The notes under the pieces are model-generated. The model saw nothing but the letters and a program-made list of their open reading frames with translations. It did not search any database and was not told where the DNA came from. Shown here piece by piece: positions 1 through 12,361 of a stretch of 57,173 bases of DNA; position 1 is the first letter of the stretch, and each line of letters begins with the position of its first letter. The position numbers were made by a program, and so were the translations under genes. This DNA comes from a virus (taxonomy: Duplodnaviria > Caudoviricetes), in the IMG/VR virus record IMGVR_UViG_3300038974_000259, positions 1 to 57,173 of that record; one strand, given 5' to 3'.

Positions 1-566
1 ACTTTTTCAGATAATGTCTTTATTTTCTTTTGAAGAGTAGACTTTTCGTCTGGAGAAGCTTTATCTAATAGTTCCATCATATCAGAAGTTAATTCATTCA
101 TATAATCTTCTAATTCTTGCATTGTTTTTGAGCTATCATGATGCATATCTTTGCTTTCCATATACATCTTTCTCTTCATTGGACTTTTTCCTTCGCGTTC
201 ATCGCGGAGATATAGCGGATAATCTCTTTCGGTATAGTAACTGCGGCCAGCGCTTCCTTGCGATTGCGAGGGGCTTCTAGTTTGGGCTGAGTTAGACTGA
301 AAGTTATCGGGATAATACATCCTCCCTGACCATTTATCCATATCTCTATAATAGTCGGAAGAAGGCATATACCTTTCTGTGTAATACTAAGGTTCTTGCT
401 TTTCTTCCATCTGCTTATAAATCTCGCAATAATACATTGTCTCGGCAAGGTCTTTGATCATATCAATAACTTCGCCAAGTTCTTTTGTGTCTACTTTTTT
501 TAAATCTCCCATCTGAGATTGAACCTAGGAGATTAATTGTTCTTTAATAGCCTCTAATTGTTTCAT
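1..566 (-). CDS. Uncharacterised protein, gene 5 of five-gene cassette (3' end truncated by window; code 15)
   Basis: ATG at 566 overlaps the upstream TAA (TAATG). The frame is open to the window edge with 2 in-frame TAG: MKQLEAIKEQLISQVQSQMGDLKKVDTKELGEVIDMIKDLAETMYYC... Confidence 0.8.
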
Positions 567-988
567 TACGCCACCCTCTCAATAATTAAATTAGCATTCT
601 GTACATTGACAGGGATAACACCTATATTTTCAACACTTACTTGACTACAACAACCAATCGGCACATCTATATATAGACTTCCGCCAACATTATTGTATTC
701 TTCTACGGCTGCTGGGGTAGAAATCATTGTTGAGGTGGCAACAGGCTCTCCATTAATTGAGATTGCGAGAGATATAGGTCCAACAGTTTCTCCAGTTGGC
801 ACTGCGATATTTGCTCCAAACTCAATTAGGAATCTTGCACGACATTGACCATTTGGTAATCCGCGCAAGCCAACTAGTCCGCTTCCTTCTCTATGAATCA
901 TTGAGCAATTCCCAGGAACTGCTGTTTCAGTAAAAAGGACAGCCTAATTTACAGCAACAGTTTGAGTTGCATTGGCAGTTATTTCCAT
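566..988 (-). CDS. Uncharacterised beta-rich protein, possibly BclA C-terminal-like fold; cassette gene 4 (code 15)
   Basis: AGGAGG RBS, ATG at 988, one TAG at codon 15 (MEITANATQTVAVNQAVLFTETAVPG), joins the 566..901 ORF; 140 aa. Confidence 0.8.
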
Positions 989-1007
989 TACTATTTACCC
1001 TCCTTGA

Positions 1008-1814
1008 TTAGCCCATAAAGCCATTACATACTGGTCCACCATACATTGCGTTATATCCATATGTGCCAAGAGTACCAGTATATGGATTTGCTACAATATA
1101 TGCGGGCTCAGCCGCAGGGCGTAAAGCGTTGATTAAATAAGCGTTCTGCTCGCTTTGAGAAATCTGTCCTTTAAGCGCAGCATTTTCAGTGGTAAGAGCT
1201 GTAATACGATCTTGCACTAAGAAGTCAAGAATTGCGCGAGTGTTGTTATTTGCGTTATCAATGACATCGCGAACACCCGTAGTGACTGCTGCACGATCAG
1301 CACAAGCTTCTGTGGCTAAGTTGTAATTAAGAGTAGCAAAACCACTATCAATAGCATTACGGGTCTGGCAGCAACACAGTTGTTCATCTGCGCTATGTGC
1401 GGCTAACTGAGCCTGAAGAGCATTGGTATTTTGTAATCCAGCAACCGTACCAGCGTTGATAGCCTGAACTGTGTCAAAGCCAGAATTACAAATCTATGAC
1501 TGAGTATTTGCAAAGCCTGTTAACAGACCAGTATTTAATCCGTAGAAGCCATTCGCTACAGCAGAAGAGAGATCTCTGACGCCGCTTGAAACATCATGCA
1601 TATCAAAGTTATAACCAATATCAGCGGTGACATTAGTTCCGGAACCGCCGCCAAAGCCGCCCCAACCATTGCCCCATCCGCCAAAAGCAAACAGGAATAA
1701 TAGAATGATCCACCAGCCGCCAGCTCCCCAGCCGTCGCCGCCAAATAGACCACCATTGCCGCCAGTGACAGCAGCAATATCAGATAAAGAATAGCCTTCG
1801 CTTGAATTAAACAT
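1008..1814 (-). CDS. Gly-rich, hydrophobic-segment, coiled-coil protein with CCC motif; cassette gene 3 (code 15)
   Basis: ORFs 1494..1814 and 1008..1217 are in one frame, joined through a single TAG at 1494; 268 aa. Confidence 0.85.
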
Positions 1815-1828
1815 AAAAAAACCTCCAT

Positions 1829-2062
1829 TTAAATTCCTAATTGTTGCCTAAAAGCAGCAAATTCTTTATCGAAATCGAGGCCTCTTTGAGCGCATAGGTT
1901 TCTCGCGACTTGCTCTATTCCTTTCGTATCATTATTTTGTGCCATTGAGATCAGGTTCTATCCAATTGGACTGTTGCCTGCGGTTTTCTACAACATATTT
2001 AGTAGCATTGCCTAAGGATTGCCACCGCTCCTAACCATTTGCATGAATTGCATAGCATTCAT
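1829..2062 (-). CDS. Small Met/Gln/Asn-rich helical protein; cassette gene 2 (code 15)
   Basis: MNAMQFMQMVRSGGNPQAMLLNMLQKTAGNSPIGQNLISMAQNNDTKGIEQVARNLCAQRGLDFDKEF; 3 TAG; absent from the ORF track. Confidence 0.8.
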
Positions 2063-2080
2063 TTAAAAAGCCTCTTTTCC

Positions 2081-2473
2081 TTAAAAATTGAATTCAGGAA
2101 TAGAAGTTTGTTCAGTTTGAGTTTGATCAGGACTCTTCTTCACAAGATTAGCCTGTGCCAATACCTGTTTTAATGCTGTCATTGTAGAATTAAATTCTTC
2201 GCGCGTGACATAATTAGTTGAATTAGTCGTAGGCGGTATTTCCTTTAATTCATACATATTTAATGAAGCTGTTCCATCTACATTGCATTGTTTAGTATAG
2301 ATCTTTCCATTGGCCAAATCTGGAAAGAAAGAAACAGTTCCATCAAAATCGACTGCGGCCGCTCGAACCTCCTCAAGACCAGACACTGGACGTCCTTTCA
2401 ACCCGAGCGCAGGTTGACGTGCCTAGACCATTGGTGGTTGATAATAATAATTTTGATTTTGTTGATATGGCAT
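2081..2473 (-). CDS. Uncharacterised protein with Q/N/Y-rich N-terminus; cassette gene 1 (code 15)
   Basis: AAGGAGG RBS, ATG at 2473, MPYQQNQNYYYQPPMVQ(TAG)ARQPALGLKGRPV; 130 aa. Confidence 0.8.
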
Positions 2474-2522
2474 ATTGACTAAACCTCCTTTTACCAAAAA
2501 TTCACGGGAATTTTTCCCTTCC

Positions 2523-2645
2523 CGCATTATTTCTTAAAAAACATTTTAGATCAACTAATAGCGTTTGACCAAAAATTCCCAGGAAATTTTGGTAATGGGC
2601 AAATCTTTATAAAAATATTATTTTAACTTATAAATTATTTTAGAA
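2523..2645. promoter_or_regulatory. Divergent pair of putative phage-specific promoters (GGNCRAR-N27-YA motif)
   Basis: GGTCAAA (minus, 2570) and GGGCAAA (plus, 2597) have the same spacing to a YA/AT-rich box as copies at 7964, 31748, 40148 and 50944. Confidence 0.5.
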
Positions 2646-2676
2646 GGGCATTGGACAAAGGAGGGATTGATTACTA

Positions 2677-3156
2677 ATGGATGTTTGGGAATGGATTGCT
2701 AAATACTGGATTAACTGGGCCTGCTTATTAGTTGCTACAGGAATCGGTATTTTTGCGAAACATTATGTGAAACTACAGAAAAAAGCATTAGAAGAAAAGT
2801 GGAAAGAAAAAGAAAAAAATATGTGCGGAAAAATAATCTGTACTTTAGAAGAGCAGATTTAGAAGGTAGAAACTTAGTCAACAGAAGAAGATGAAAAACT
2901 TCACATGGAACTAAATGAAATTTATCAAGATGTTGATATTTTAGAGTCTGGAATGTTATCTCTTCAAGGAAAACAGTTTAGGGATTTGTGTGAAAAACTA
3001 TTAGAAACTGGATATTATATTACTGTTGACGAGTATGAAGAATTTGAAACAGAATACGAGGTCTATAAAAAACTTGGCGGTAATCACCGCGGAGATGCTT
3101 TACATGATAGAGTGGTAGACAAAGTAAATGCTCAAATTAAATCCGAAAACAAATAA
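2677..3156 (+). CDS. Membrane protein with N-terminal TM and coiled coil, putative holin-like (code 15)
   Basis: ORFs 2677..2862 and 2905..3156 join in frame through 2 TAG; one TM segment (WACLLVATGIGIFA); 159 aa. Confidence 0.65.
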
Positions 3157-3200
3157 AAAAAAGGGCGATAGTCAATTAAGACTATCGCCCTTTTTTTTTA
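3154..3200. terminator. Bidirectional intrinsic terminator
   Basis: A-tract, GGGCGATAGTC-loop-GACTATCGCCC, T-tract, between convergent genes. Confidence 0.9.
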
Positions 3201-3202
3201 TT

Positions 3203-3688
3203 TTATTCACCCCAGTCATTTCCTAATGACCGAATTTTATGTGCGCCAATACAAATGGCATCGCATTCATCTTGCGTTGGTTTTACATTATAATTGGTAA
3301 TGACCCACTGTTGAGCATTTTTCTTTTGTTCAGGCCTTGTTTTACCTTTAATTCCTAAAGTTGATTTCCAAGTTCCCGCTAAAACAGCTTCAACAGGTTT
3401 TTCCATATCTATACAGAGTTCATAGAGAACTCCAAATACTTCAGCAAGAGCTTTAAATGTCTAAACATTATTTACTCGCTAACCATCCATATATATATCT
3501 TCAAGGATTACAGCGTCAATATGCTCATCATCTATTAAATGTTCCACTTCTTGACGAATTACATGGAGTCTTTCGCCTAACTCGAAGTATTTACTGACAT
3601 CAATCTTGCCATACTGCTCAAGTGTATCCCCATCAAAGATGGCCCAGCCGGACACTCGACTCGCCTGGTCTAATGCCAGGATTCTCAT
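3203..3688 (-). CDS. ruvC: Holliday junction resolvase, RuvC-like (code 15)
   Basis: ILALDQAS, VILED, NVQ(TAG)TFKALAEVFG and DECDAICI motifs; two fragments joined via 2 TAG. Confidence 0.85.
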
Positions 3689-4203
3689 GATGTGGACCCA
3701 AAGCCTCCAAGACGCTTGGCCGCTATTACCTCGCCAGTCGTAAAATACGGAAGGAAAATACCCTGTCCAATTTTCTCTCCCTTTTGGAGGATAATGTCTT
3801 GAGGGAAGAGGTTAATTATCTGGAAGAAGATATGTCCTTCGTTATCAGGATTATTATAATAGTCACTGTCAACTACGCCGACTCCATTAGCAAGGATTAA
3901 CCATGACTTAAGAGGACAGGATGACCTAACAGAGAGTTGTAGATACATATCATCGGGAATGTATGCTTTTACTCCTGTTGGAACCAATGTGGGTCTATAT
4001 CCTGTTGCTTTAGTGAAGTTTGCGACCTCTCCGAGAGTTAGGGGGCTATCAATGAAGGTATCTCCTGGAAAAGCTTTGATTGAAGGAATAATAATATCTT
4101 CAGCTACATAAAAATCATATCCGGCGCTATGAGCAGTTGCTCTCGTCGGAAGGAGTTCTGGATGCTCCTTATATTTTGTTATTAATTCAAAACTCGGTCT
4201 CAT
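3685..4203 (-). CDS. dut: dUTPase (trimeric type)
   Basis: SAGYDF, RSS, GVVDSDY and RLGGFGST motifs; start placed at ATG 4203. Confidence 0.95.
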   Translation of the reverse strand: MRPSFELITKYKEHPELLPTRATAHSAGYDFYVAEDIIIPSIKAFPGDTFIDSPLTLGEVANFTKATGYRPTLVPTGVKAYIPDDMYLQLSVRSSCPLKSWLILANGVGVVDSDYYNNPDNEGHIFFQIINLFPQDIILQKGEKIGQGIFLPYFTTGEVIAAKRLGGFGSTS

Positions 4204-4453
4204 ACCCAACGTCCTGTCCATAACTGACGTCAACCATTGACTCAGGCTCTTTTTCATTATTAAACACCTTCTTAGCTTTTACGAGCTGATACTCTTCAAT
4301 AACTTCTCCCTTTGCCTTAATTTGCTTGGTAGCATAACTAAAAGCGGTAAGTTCAAAGTTTGGGTCTGCCAGAAGCTCTTCATGAAGAGCTTCTACATCT
4401 TCTACTGTTTCGACTCTATAGGTAGTCACATCATTGATTAAATACTTTACCAT
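4187..4453 (-). CDS. Hypothetical protein
   Basis: 88-aa ORF with RBS, overlapping its neighbours. Confidence 0.75.
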   Translation of the reverse strand: MVKYLINDVTTYRVETVEDVEALHEELLADPNFELTAFSYATKQIKAKGEVIEEYQLVKAKKVFNNEKEPESMVDVSYGQDVGYETEF

Positions 4454-4715
4454 TTATTAACATCCTCACATTTTTATTTGAATAATTTAGTTTTAATTCT
4501 GCTAATAGTTTCTCGCCAACGTGTTGTACAAATTCTTGATTTCCGCTTAATTCTATCTCGCTGAAATTCTTTTCTTCCAGAAGACCCATTACTGTGTTGT
4601 TCATATTTTCAACTGTTGAGCGGACAATCTTTTCAATTTCTCCATCGTCATTTGCGATGTAAATATTCTGATGTAAAGTAAAAAGATTTACATCTATAAA
4701 CATTTTATATTCCAT
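4431..4715 (-). CDS. Hypothetical protein
   Basis: 94-aa ORF, translationally coupled within the operon. Confidence 0.7.
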   Translation of the reverse strand: MEYKMFIDVNLFTLHQNIYIANDDGEIEKIVRSTVENMNNTVMGLLEEKNFSEIELSGNQEFVQHVGEKLLAELKLNYSNKNVRMLINGKVFNQ

Positions 4716-5115
4716 AAGTCACTACTCCATTATCATAAGGAAACAGTAAATAATCTTCAACGCCCTCTTCATCCCTTAGCCATATTTCATAATGGTCATT
4801 GGCGTCTTCATCTGTAGCAATATATTTATCCATTTCCTTAATAATAGTAATTACACTTTCTCCAAGAGAAGAGAATTGATCAGATGGAAGCACCATTGGT
4901 TTTTCTCTTTTGAAGACCGTATAATAATTTTTTTGACGACATAAAAACATAAAGTAGTTTGAATCTTTATACTTTTCGTCGAATTTATTTAAGCGTTCTT
5001 GTAGATCTTGAATTTTTATCTTATCATAAGATGGGAGTTGGCTGATAATATTTTGATTCATTTCATACAGGGAAAGAGCAATTTCGCTTTTTCCCTTTAT
5101 TTTTTTATTTTCCAT
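4705..5115 (-). CDS. Hypothetical protein
   Basis: 136-aa ORF in the operon. Confidence 0.75.
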   Translation of the reverse strand: MENKKIKGKSEIALSLYEMNQNIISQLPSYDKIKIQDLQERLNKFDEKYKDSNYFMFLCRQKNYYTVFKREKPMVLPSDQFSSLGESVITIIKEMDKYIATDEDANDHYEIWLRDEEGVEDYLLFPYDNGVVTYGI

Positions 5116-5599
5116 CCTATCTTAATTCCTTCATATTTAATATTCTTTGGTTGCGGCTGCCCCTTAATGGGAGCGTTATGTCTCGTTCTTCAGAAATAAA
5201 TGGCCCATCAATAAGATAATCTATACTATTTAAAATATTATCCAACTTTGGTTCAGGTCTACTCTATAGTTCTTCATAAGTATATCCTGTCCATAGATAA
5301 ATCTTTATATTAGGATAATTATCTCTTACTGTTAGAATAATTAGATTTGTTAAGAATAAATTTTCCTAACAGAGAGGTTCGCCGCCCATAATGTTTAAAT
5401 TCCTTTGTATTCCATTTGCGCATAAATCATTTAATAGAGAAGTTAAAGTTTCTTGAGTAAATTCTTTGCCTCCGGTAAAAGACCAAGTTTGTGGATTATG
5501 GCAGTCTTTACAGTGAAGGGGACACCCCTGGACGAAGAAGGATACGCACATTCCTTCTCCGCCAGCAATGTCATTTCTTATTATTCCAGCGTACTACAT
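5105..5599 (-). CDS. nrdG: Anaerobic RNR activating protein (radical SAM; code 15)
   Basis: Starts ATG-TAG (MQYAGIIRND); QGCPLHCKDCHN, GGEPL, YLWTGY, IDGPF and LRGSRNQR motifs; 4 TAG. Confidence 0.92.
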
Positions 5600-7872
5600 T
5601 ACTCAAGCACCCCCACGTGCTTGACTCTATGATGAACTTCATCTTGCTTACCCTTATTAAAAGCCGTGGTATAGTTACCAGTAAGATAGCCTGTTACACG
5701 CCTTAACTGCTGAATATTGCTGCTGCCGCAAACAGGACAGGCATCATTGATTTCTCCTTGGAAACCGCAATCCAAGCAAGTATCACTCGGAACATTGATA
5801 GCAAAATAAGGAATATCATGTTCCATGGCGTAATTAACAATTTGCTCAAGAGCTTTTGTATTATGAATAGCAGAAGCATCAAGTTCAACATAAGTAATAC
5901 ATCCAGCATTTGAATATCCTGTCAACTGAGATTCAATATCAATCTTTTCAAACGGGCTAAGATTGTGCCATACTGGAACGTGAATAGAGTTTGTGAAGAA
6001 TTCTTTATCGCTTACGTGCTCAATAATTCCCCACTTATCTCTAAACTTTTTAAGCGCGGTATAGCAAAGGTTTTCCGCAGGCGTATAATACACTCCAAAA
6101 TTCAGATGATATTCCTATTTGAATTCTGCGCAACGATTCTTAAATAGTTGCTCAATATGCTTAGCAACTTCCATTCCTTTTTGATCAGTATGGTCACAAT
6201 TCAACATAATCTGTAAAGCTTCCGCGAGTCCTAACTAACCAATTACTAATGTACCATGTTTTAACGCACTACGGATTCCTTCTTCTGGCTTATAACCCAT
6301 CATAGTGTGATTTTCATACATAAACTTTGCGCTTGAAGCATCTTGTGAGCATATCCAATCAAATCTCTCTATTAACATATCTTTTGCTTCATGAATTTTC
6401 TTATCAAGGAGAATTAAGAAAGCATCAACAATATCTATGTCTTCCCCTTTTAAAATTGTCTGTCTTGCTTGCATAGCTAATTCAGGAAGAATAATAGTAA
6501 CAGGACAAATATTGCCACGACCATCTTTTGTCTACGAATTAGTCCCAGGTTCGGCATTGATATCTATCCCGTTCGCTGTGCGGCATCCCATTGTTGAAAA
6601 ATAGGTCTTCGGGTCATTTACATCATATCCAGCATTTCCAGACCAGTCTATATTAGCATAGTTTGGATAGAGCCTCTTTGCTGTACTCTTTAATGCTAAT
6701 TGATATAGATCATAATTAGGGGTCCCAGGTTTATCATTTACACCTTTCATATATTGGAAGATTCCACATGGGAAAATACTTGTCTTATATAAAGTTCCAA
6801 GTCCTTCTATACTTACATCTAACAGAGCTTTTGTAAACATTCTTCCTTCTGGAAGTGTACAAGTTCCATAGTTGATGCTTGTGAAAGGTAATTGATTTCC
6901 AGATCTACTTTGAAGGGTATTAAGATTATGATAAAGACCTTCTACCGCTTGATGAACCTCTCTCTGTGTCATTTTTAAAGCATAATTATAGACTTTCTCA
7001 ACGCAATCATACGGATGAGGTTGTCCAGCTGTTTTATAAACTTCGTCTTCTATAGAAGTTTCCATTGGGTTAATATTAGCTCGTAAAAAGTTTCTTTCTG
7101 GCTCTCTGGCATCTTTAACTTCCCAAACAAAGTCTAATCCATCCATATAGTGTTTAAAGAAACTTTTCCGAATATAAGGAACCATGGTCCAGTCTATATG
7201 AGTTGCGGCTACACCACCAAACTACTGTAGGCTTTGTAGCTAAAAAATTACCGCAACAAGCTGGCACGCTGTGTTCACAGAACCGGCCGGCCGCACGTCT
7301 GTCTGACGAGTATTAAAACCTTTTGCGAGCAACTCGTCAAAGGGAATACTTAAACAGTTGTGAGAGCCAACAGCATAGGCATCAAGGTCATGAATATAAA
7401 TCATATTGCCTTCATGGTTCTCTCTTGCCATTTTTGAAACCAAATTATCCAAAGCATATTGCTTTGTCATATAGGAAGAAGCTTCGCCTATCCGCCCGCC
7501 AAAAGAGTGTTCATCAACGTTAGCATTTTGATTCTACACATTTCTTGCTTCCAGCTTTTCGCCAATAGCGTCAAAGAAATCTGACTTAATATCTCTTGCC
7601 ACTTCTTTCTTATAACGATAGCGGATGTATGCGCGGGCGACATCAGGCCGCTCTGAACGCATTAGATAATCTTCTACCCAATCTTGAATAGTTTCAACAT
7701 TAACTGTAATAGGACTTTTTTCAACCGCTTGTTGAATTTCTGCTGCTATATCTTTAGCAGTGTCATCTTCATAAAGCTATCCATCAACCTCTTTAAAAGC
7801 TGCATTGATGGCTGATATAATTTTTCTTCTATCAAAAATAACGAGAGAACCATCTCTCTTTTCAATAAACAT
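5599..7872 (-). CDS. nrdD: Class III anaerobic ribonucleoside-triphosphate reductase (code 15)
   Basis: ATP cone MFIEKRDG, FQLQSLQQFGG (two Q are TAG), MGCRT, TPAENLC and RRVTGY glycyl-radical motif; one frame of 757 aa with about 7 TAG. Confidence 0.95.
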
Positions 7873-7916
7873 TTTTTAATCCTCCAACACAATATTTAGT
7901 TAATCATAAAATGACC

Positions 7917-7964
7917 ATCTATATATATTGTGATTTTAATTAAAACAATTAATCACTCTTGCCC
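7917..7964 (-). promoter_or_regulatory. Putative phage-specific promoter upstream of nrdD
   Basis: GGGCAAG-N27-CAATATATATAGA. Confidence 0.5.
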
Positions 7965-8305
7965 AATTCCTCTATGAGTCTATTTATATACCAAATACTT
8001 TTCTTTAAATCTTCAACGCCATTTTTATTTTTCCAACGCCAAAGATATTTAATGGCGTTGGCCGTGCATACTGCCTCAATGCCCTCTAAACCAACGGTTG
8101 CTGCTTTAAGAGCATCGATACATTCTATTCCTCCAGCTGTGTAATGCGCTGGGTGATTTACCATATCGGCGGGTTGGGATTCTTGTTTTGGCCTATCCTC
8201 TAGTTCACACTTATCCATATTTCCATAACAACTCACAGGGGGAGCATATTTCTAACCCATGCAATTTCCAAAAACCCCGTTTTCTTCAAAATACTTACAT
8301 TTCAT
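7949..8305 (-). CDS. DUF3310-like phage protein (code 15)
   Basis: VNHPAHY...NAIKYLWRW..KNGVEDLKKS; extended to ATG 8305 through one TAG. Confidence 0.8.
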
Positions 8306-11300
8306 TCTCCGCTCTCTCCTTTGTATCTTTCATTCTAAAGGACTAAATCTCCTTCTGGGGAGACTTCAAGAATGTGATAGAGTTGATGTCCACCTGAAGA
8401 CGCATATTTTTTTGTTATAAACGTATCCCCTGAACGAATACCTTGAACCATAATCATATTTCCTCTATCAAACCATGATTTCTCTACCACATGTCGTACA
8501 CCATCTTCTCCGCGTTCTGAAATGCGTTTATCGAACAAAGCAAAATACTCTTTTCTAAATTTAACATTCACAACACCATCTGTGGTAAGAATAGTTACAA
8601 CACCTTTTGTTTTATTCTTTGCTATACAAGTTCCAGCAATTCGAGTGAGTTTAAATAGATGTATAGCTTTATTCCCCTTGTAAAATGTTCTATCTATTTC
8701 TGGATCTTCTGGCAAATCGTTAAAATTGCTTAATCCATATTTAGGCATGTCAACTTTTGCTAATTCATGGTCATGGCTATAGAAACAAAGAACTTCCATT
8801 TCCCAAGCAGAATAGTTTGCGTCACCAGCATATTTTTTCCAGTCGGCTTCAAATATTCTACTATTAAGCTCAGAAAGAACTTCTTCTCCATCTACGCGCA
8901 GCCACTCTCTGAATACATCCATAAAAGTTTGATACTTTTTATCCCACTTCTTCATATTAAGAAAATGGTCATTTTCAATTAAATTTTCAAATCCTAACTT
9001 ATATAAAAATTCAATAGCTCTTGTATCAAGACTATATTCGGTTGTAAGATTTGGAAGTTTACATACTGCTTTTAAATATCTATTAAACTCATAAACGCTA
9101 TATGCTATTTGTCGTTCCTCTGTGTCTCGCGGAACCATATCTTGTCTTATTAAGGTTGGGAAGTTTTGTAATGTTAATCTTGACTTTTTATCACAAGTTT
9201 CCCAAATGTACCAAGCCATCGCAAGTTTTCTTTCCATCATATCATCAAAAGCTCCTGCTTTGATCAATGATACCATAGCCTACTTTGTTGGTTTAATGCG
9301 TTTATAAAAATCTTTAATTCCTCTATATGGACGATTCTCGATAATCTTATTTACCAAATCATCGTTAACGTTCAGCAATGCTTTCATTCCAAAGAGGATT
9401 CTGTTGTTCTTTACATCTGGCTTAAAACCAAAATCTGAACCATTTATATCTACAAGACTGACTTTTATACCAGCGTTAATAATATCATTTAACGCTTTTG
9501 CGACTTTTCCGTAATCAGTGCTTGTTGCTTTCTTTTTCTTATCATCCTCAACTTCTTCTTCATCGGCATCATATAATGCTTCGCCTTCTTCATCAATAGC
9601 ATCCTCAAGAGAACCACTATTAACTACTAAACACGCAGTATCCCAATATATAGGGTTCCAGTGAGTGCCAAGGTATAATGTTTGCGCGCCGATGAAACTA
9701 TATGCCAGGGCATGAATTACACTGAACGAATAACCCATCTGCGGCCCAGCTCCAAAGCGCCAAACGTATTGGCCAAGGCGAGGACTTTTTGCGCGTTTGA
9801 GAACCTGCTCGCGCAGTTGAGGAATCTTTGACATTTGTTTCTTACCGACAATCTTTCTGGCACTATTTGCTTCACCTAAGCTGAAGCCGCAAATATCATC
9901 GTCCATCAACATTTTCATTAACTGCTCTTGGCTTGGCGGCACTCCATAAGATGGTTTAAAATATGGCTCAAGAGTTTTCTGCTCTTTTTTAGTCAAACCA
10001 AAATTATCCATCTCTTCATACCACAAACTAATATCATTTTTATAACGATAATATTTATCAATCGGACGCTCTTGGCCTTCCTCACCCATTAAACGAATTA
10101 AACCATTTGCGTCTGCCATTTCTAATATTGTTCGAGGTTTTAATTGTTTTGCCGCTTTAGAACCTTCTGCGCTATCAAACTGGAAGGTATTGATAACGGA
10201 TACATCACCAAGAGCATCCCACATTTTTGTATCTGTCTTAATCGGCAATACGCTCGGATGGAGATATTTATTATATATCTCTCGCAGGCTTAAATCTTTT
10301 TCAATTTCTCCATCCTCTTGGAGGAACTGAATAGTTTGAACTATCTTATCTTGAACTTCTGTTACCAGAAAGTCATATTTAGTATTTCCACAATATTCTA
10401 CGTCGTGTAGATTCCACTGTGTTATAATTTCTCCTTTTGGAGTTTTCATAAAAGCACAATGCTCAAAAGGGTCTTTATCAAAAAGAAGAATTCCAGAAGC
10501 ATGAGAACTGCGCTTATTAACAAGTCCTTCTATACCCTCAATGATTTCTAAAAGACCTGGATAATTGTTTACTTCATTTATAAAGGTTTGAACGGGCTTA
10601 CGATTCTTTTCTTCATTACCATATATAACATCATGTATCGGCCAAAGGAATCCTCTCTCTTGAGGAATTAATGATGCCATATATTGCGCTTCATTAACAT
10701 CAATACCATCATGATATTCTTCTATAACTTCTTCGTGCCCACTCGGTACGCCAGTGGTTGTATACCCACTTCCTGGGCCACGATAGCCTCTACACGCAGT
10801 AAGAACAGCAGATTTTGTACCTTCTGTTCCAAAAGTAGAAATTCTGGTACATCCAAAGAGTTTCTTTGCCCATTCTGGAACACTTTCATAGAACATCTTA
10901 CTGCGCTCTGCCGCAATTTTCTGAAGGATTAGACCAATCTTTGATGGACATAGATCAATATCGATATCACCGAGTTCGACTCTCTCTTCGTTTAGATATC
11001 TGAAGAATGGAAGTTCCCATTCTATCGGGTCTAATTGAGTTATGCCTAAAAGATAATGGTTTAGCGCAGCGCAAGATGAACCACGTCCTGCTCCAACCAT
11101 TGAGCCACAATCCCAAATTAAATCAATATAATGTTGAAGTGTATTAGGATAACGAAACATATTTGTTTCTAATTTTTCACCGATTACACTTTTTACTCTG
11201 GCTTCTTCTTCCAGCTCTTTCAGATATAGCTCATTAAGTCCAATTTTCTTATCAATGAGTGATTCAAAGCATTGATTTACCCAATAACGATTTTGAATAT

Positions 11301-12333
11301 CATCAGATAAAAATAATGATTTTAATGTAGGATATTTTTCCATTTCATCAGCATAATCATTATTATTACCCCACCAGGCTGTTTTTGGATAATCTTTCAC
11401 TTCTACAGAAGGAATATCTTGCTTATGAAAAAGAGAATACTTTTTTATTTTATTTTGTATTTCTAAAGTATTCTCTAATATCTTTTCAATATAGTCTGCT
11501 TCAAAAGACCATTTTAGTAAATATGAAACTTCATCGTAATCCATAAGGTATGTAAATTCATAGAATGAGTCTACTTCTCTATCTCCTTCTTTAGAGTTAA
11601 GATATGCCTTATGAACCGACCTTTCATTCTTTGTAAGATAATGTGCGTCTGTGCCAACAACCATCTTTATTTTATAGAAGTCAGCTATCTTTTGACACAC
11701 CTGATTTACTGTTATCTGTTCGGGGGATGTGCCTGGCGCGCACTCAACATAAAAATCTTCCCCAAATAAATCTAAACAATATGTTAAAAAATCATTTATT
11801 TGTTTATAATATACCATAGCATTGTTCATATCATTTATCATCTTTGCTTTGGTATACATTAAAGCCGTACTTGGAAGTTCTCCTCCTATACATGCTGTAG
11901 TTGCTATTAAATGACCTTTAAATTTATTTACAATTTCACTTAACTCTTCTTTTGTGGTTGGAACTCTTTCCATTTTTCTATCAACATAAGAGTTCATCCA
12001 TGCTTTTGAACTTAATTCACGAAGAGCCCTATGCCCAATTTCATCCTTTGCGATAAGAATGAAATGATAATACTGTTGTCTTGAAAATCTTTCATTGATA
12101 AGATATATTTCATTTCCAAAAGCAACTATGAAGTCTGGATGCTTCTCCTTGACTTCTTTCATATATTTCTCAACTTCAATATGAGCTGATAAGCACTCGT
12201 GGTCTGTTATCGCAATTCCTGAAAGACCTAACTCGATAGCTTTGTCTATAACATCTTTAGGCTTATTGATTGAATCAATTAGCCTTAAATTACTATACAT
12301 CGTATGTGTATGACAATTAAAGTATGGTTTCAT
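8302..12333 (-). CDS. dnaE: DNA polymerase III alpha subunit (family C; code 15)
   Basis: PHP domain (HTHTMYS, TDH, TDAHY), GRGS, DIDID and OB tail; the 1019-aa and 313-aa ORFs fuse via TAG 9280 and read on past TAG 8335 to TGA. Confidence 0.95.
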
Positions 12334-12361
12334 TGGCAACCTCCACTTTTATCATACTTAT

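Noticed and set aside
176-448. 90-aa ORF in the track
   Set aside because: Alternative frame within cassette gene 5, whose real frame starts at 566 and contains TAGs
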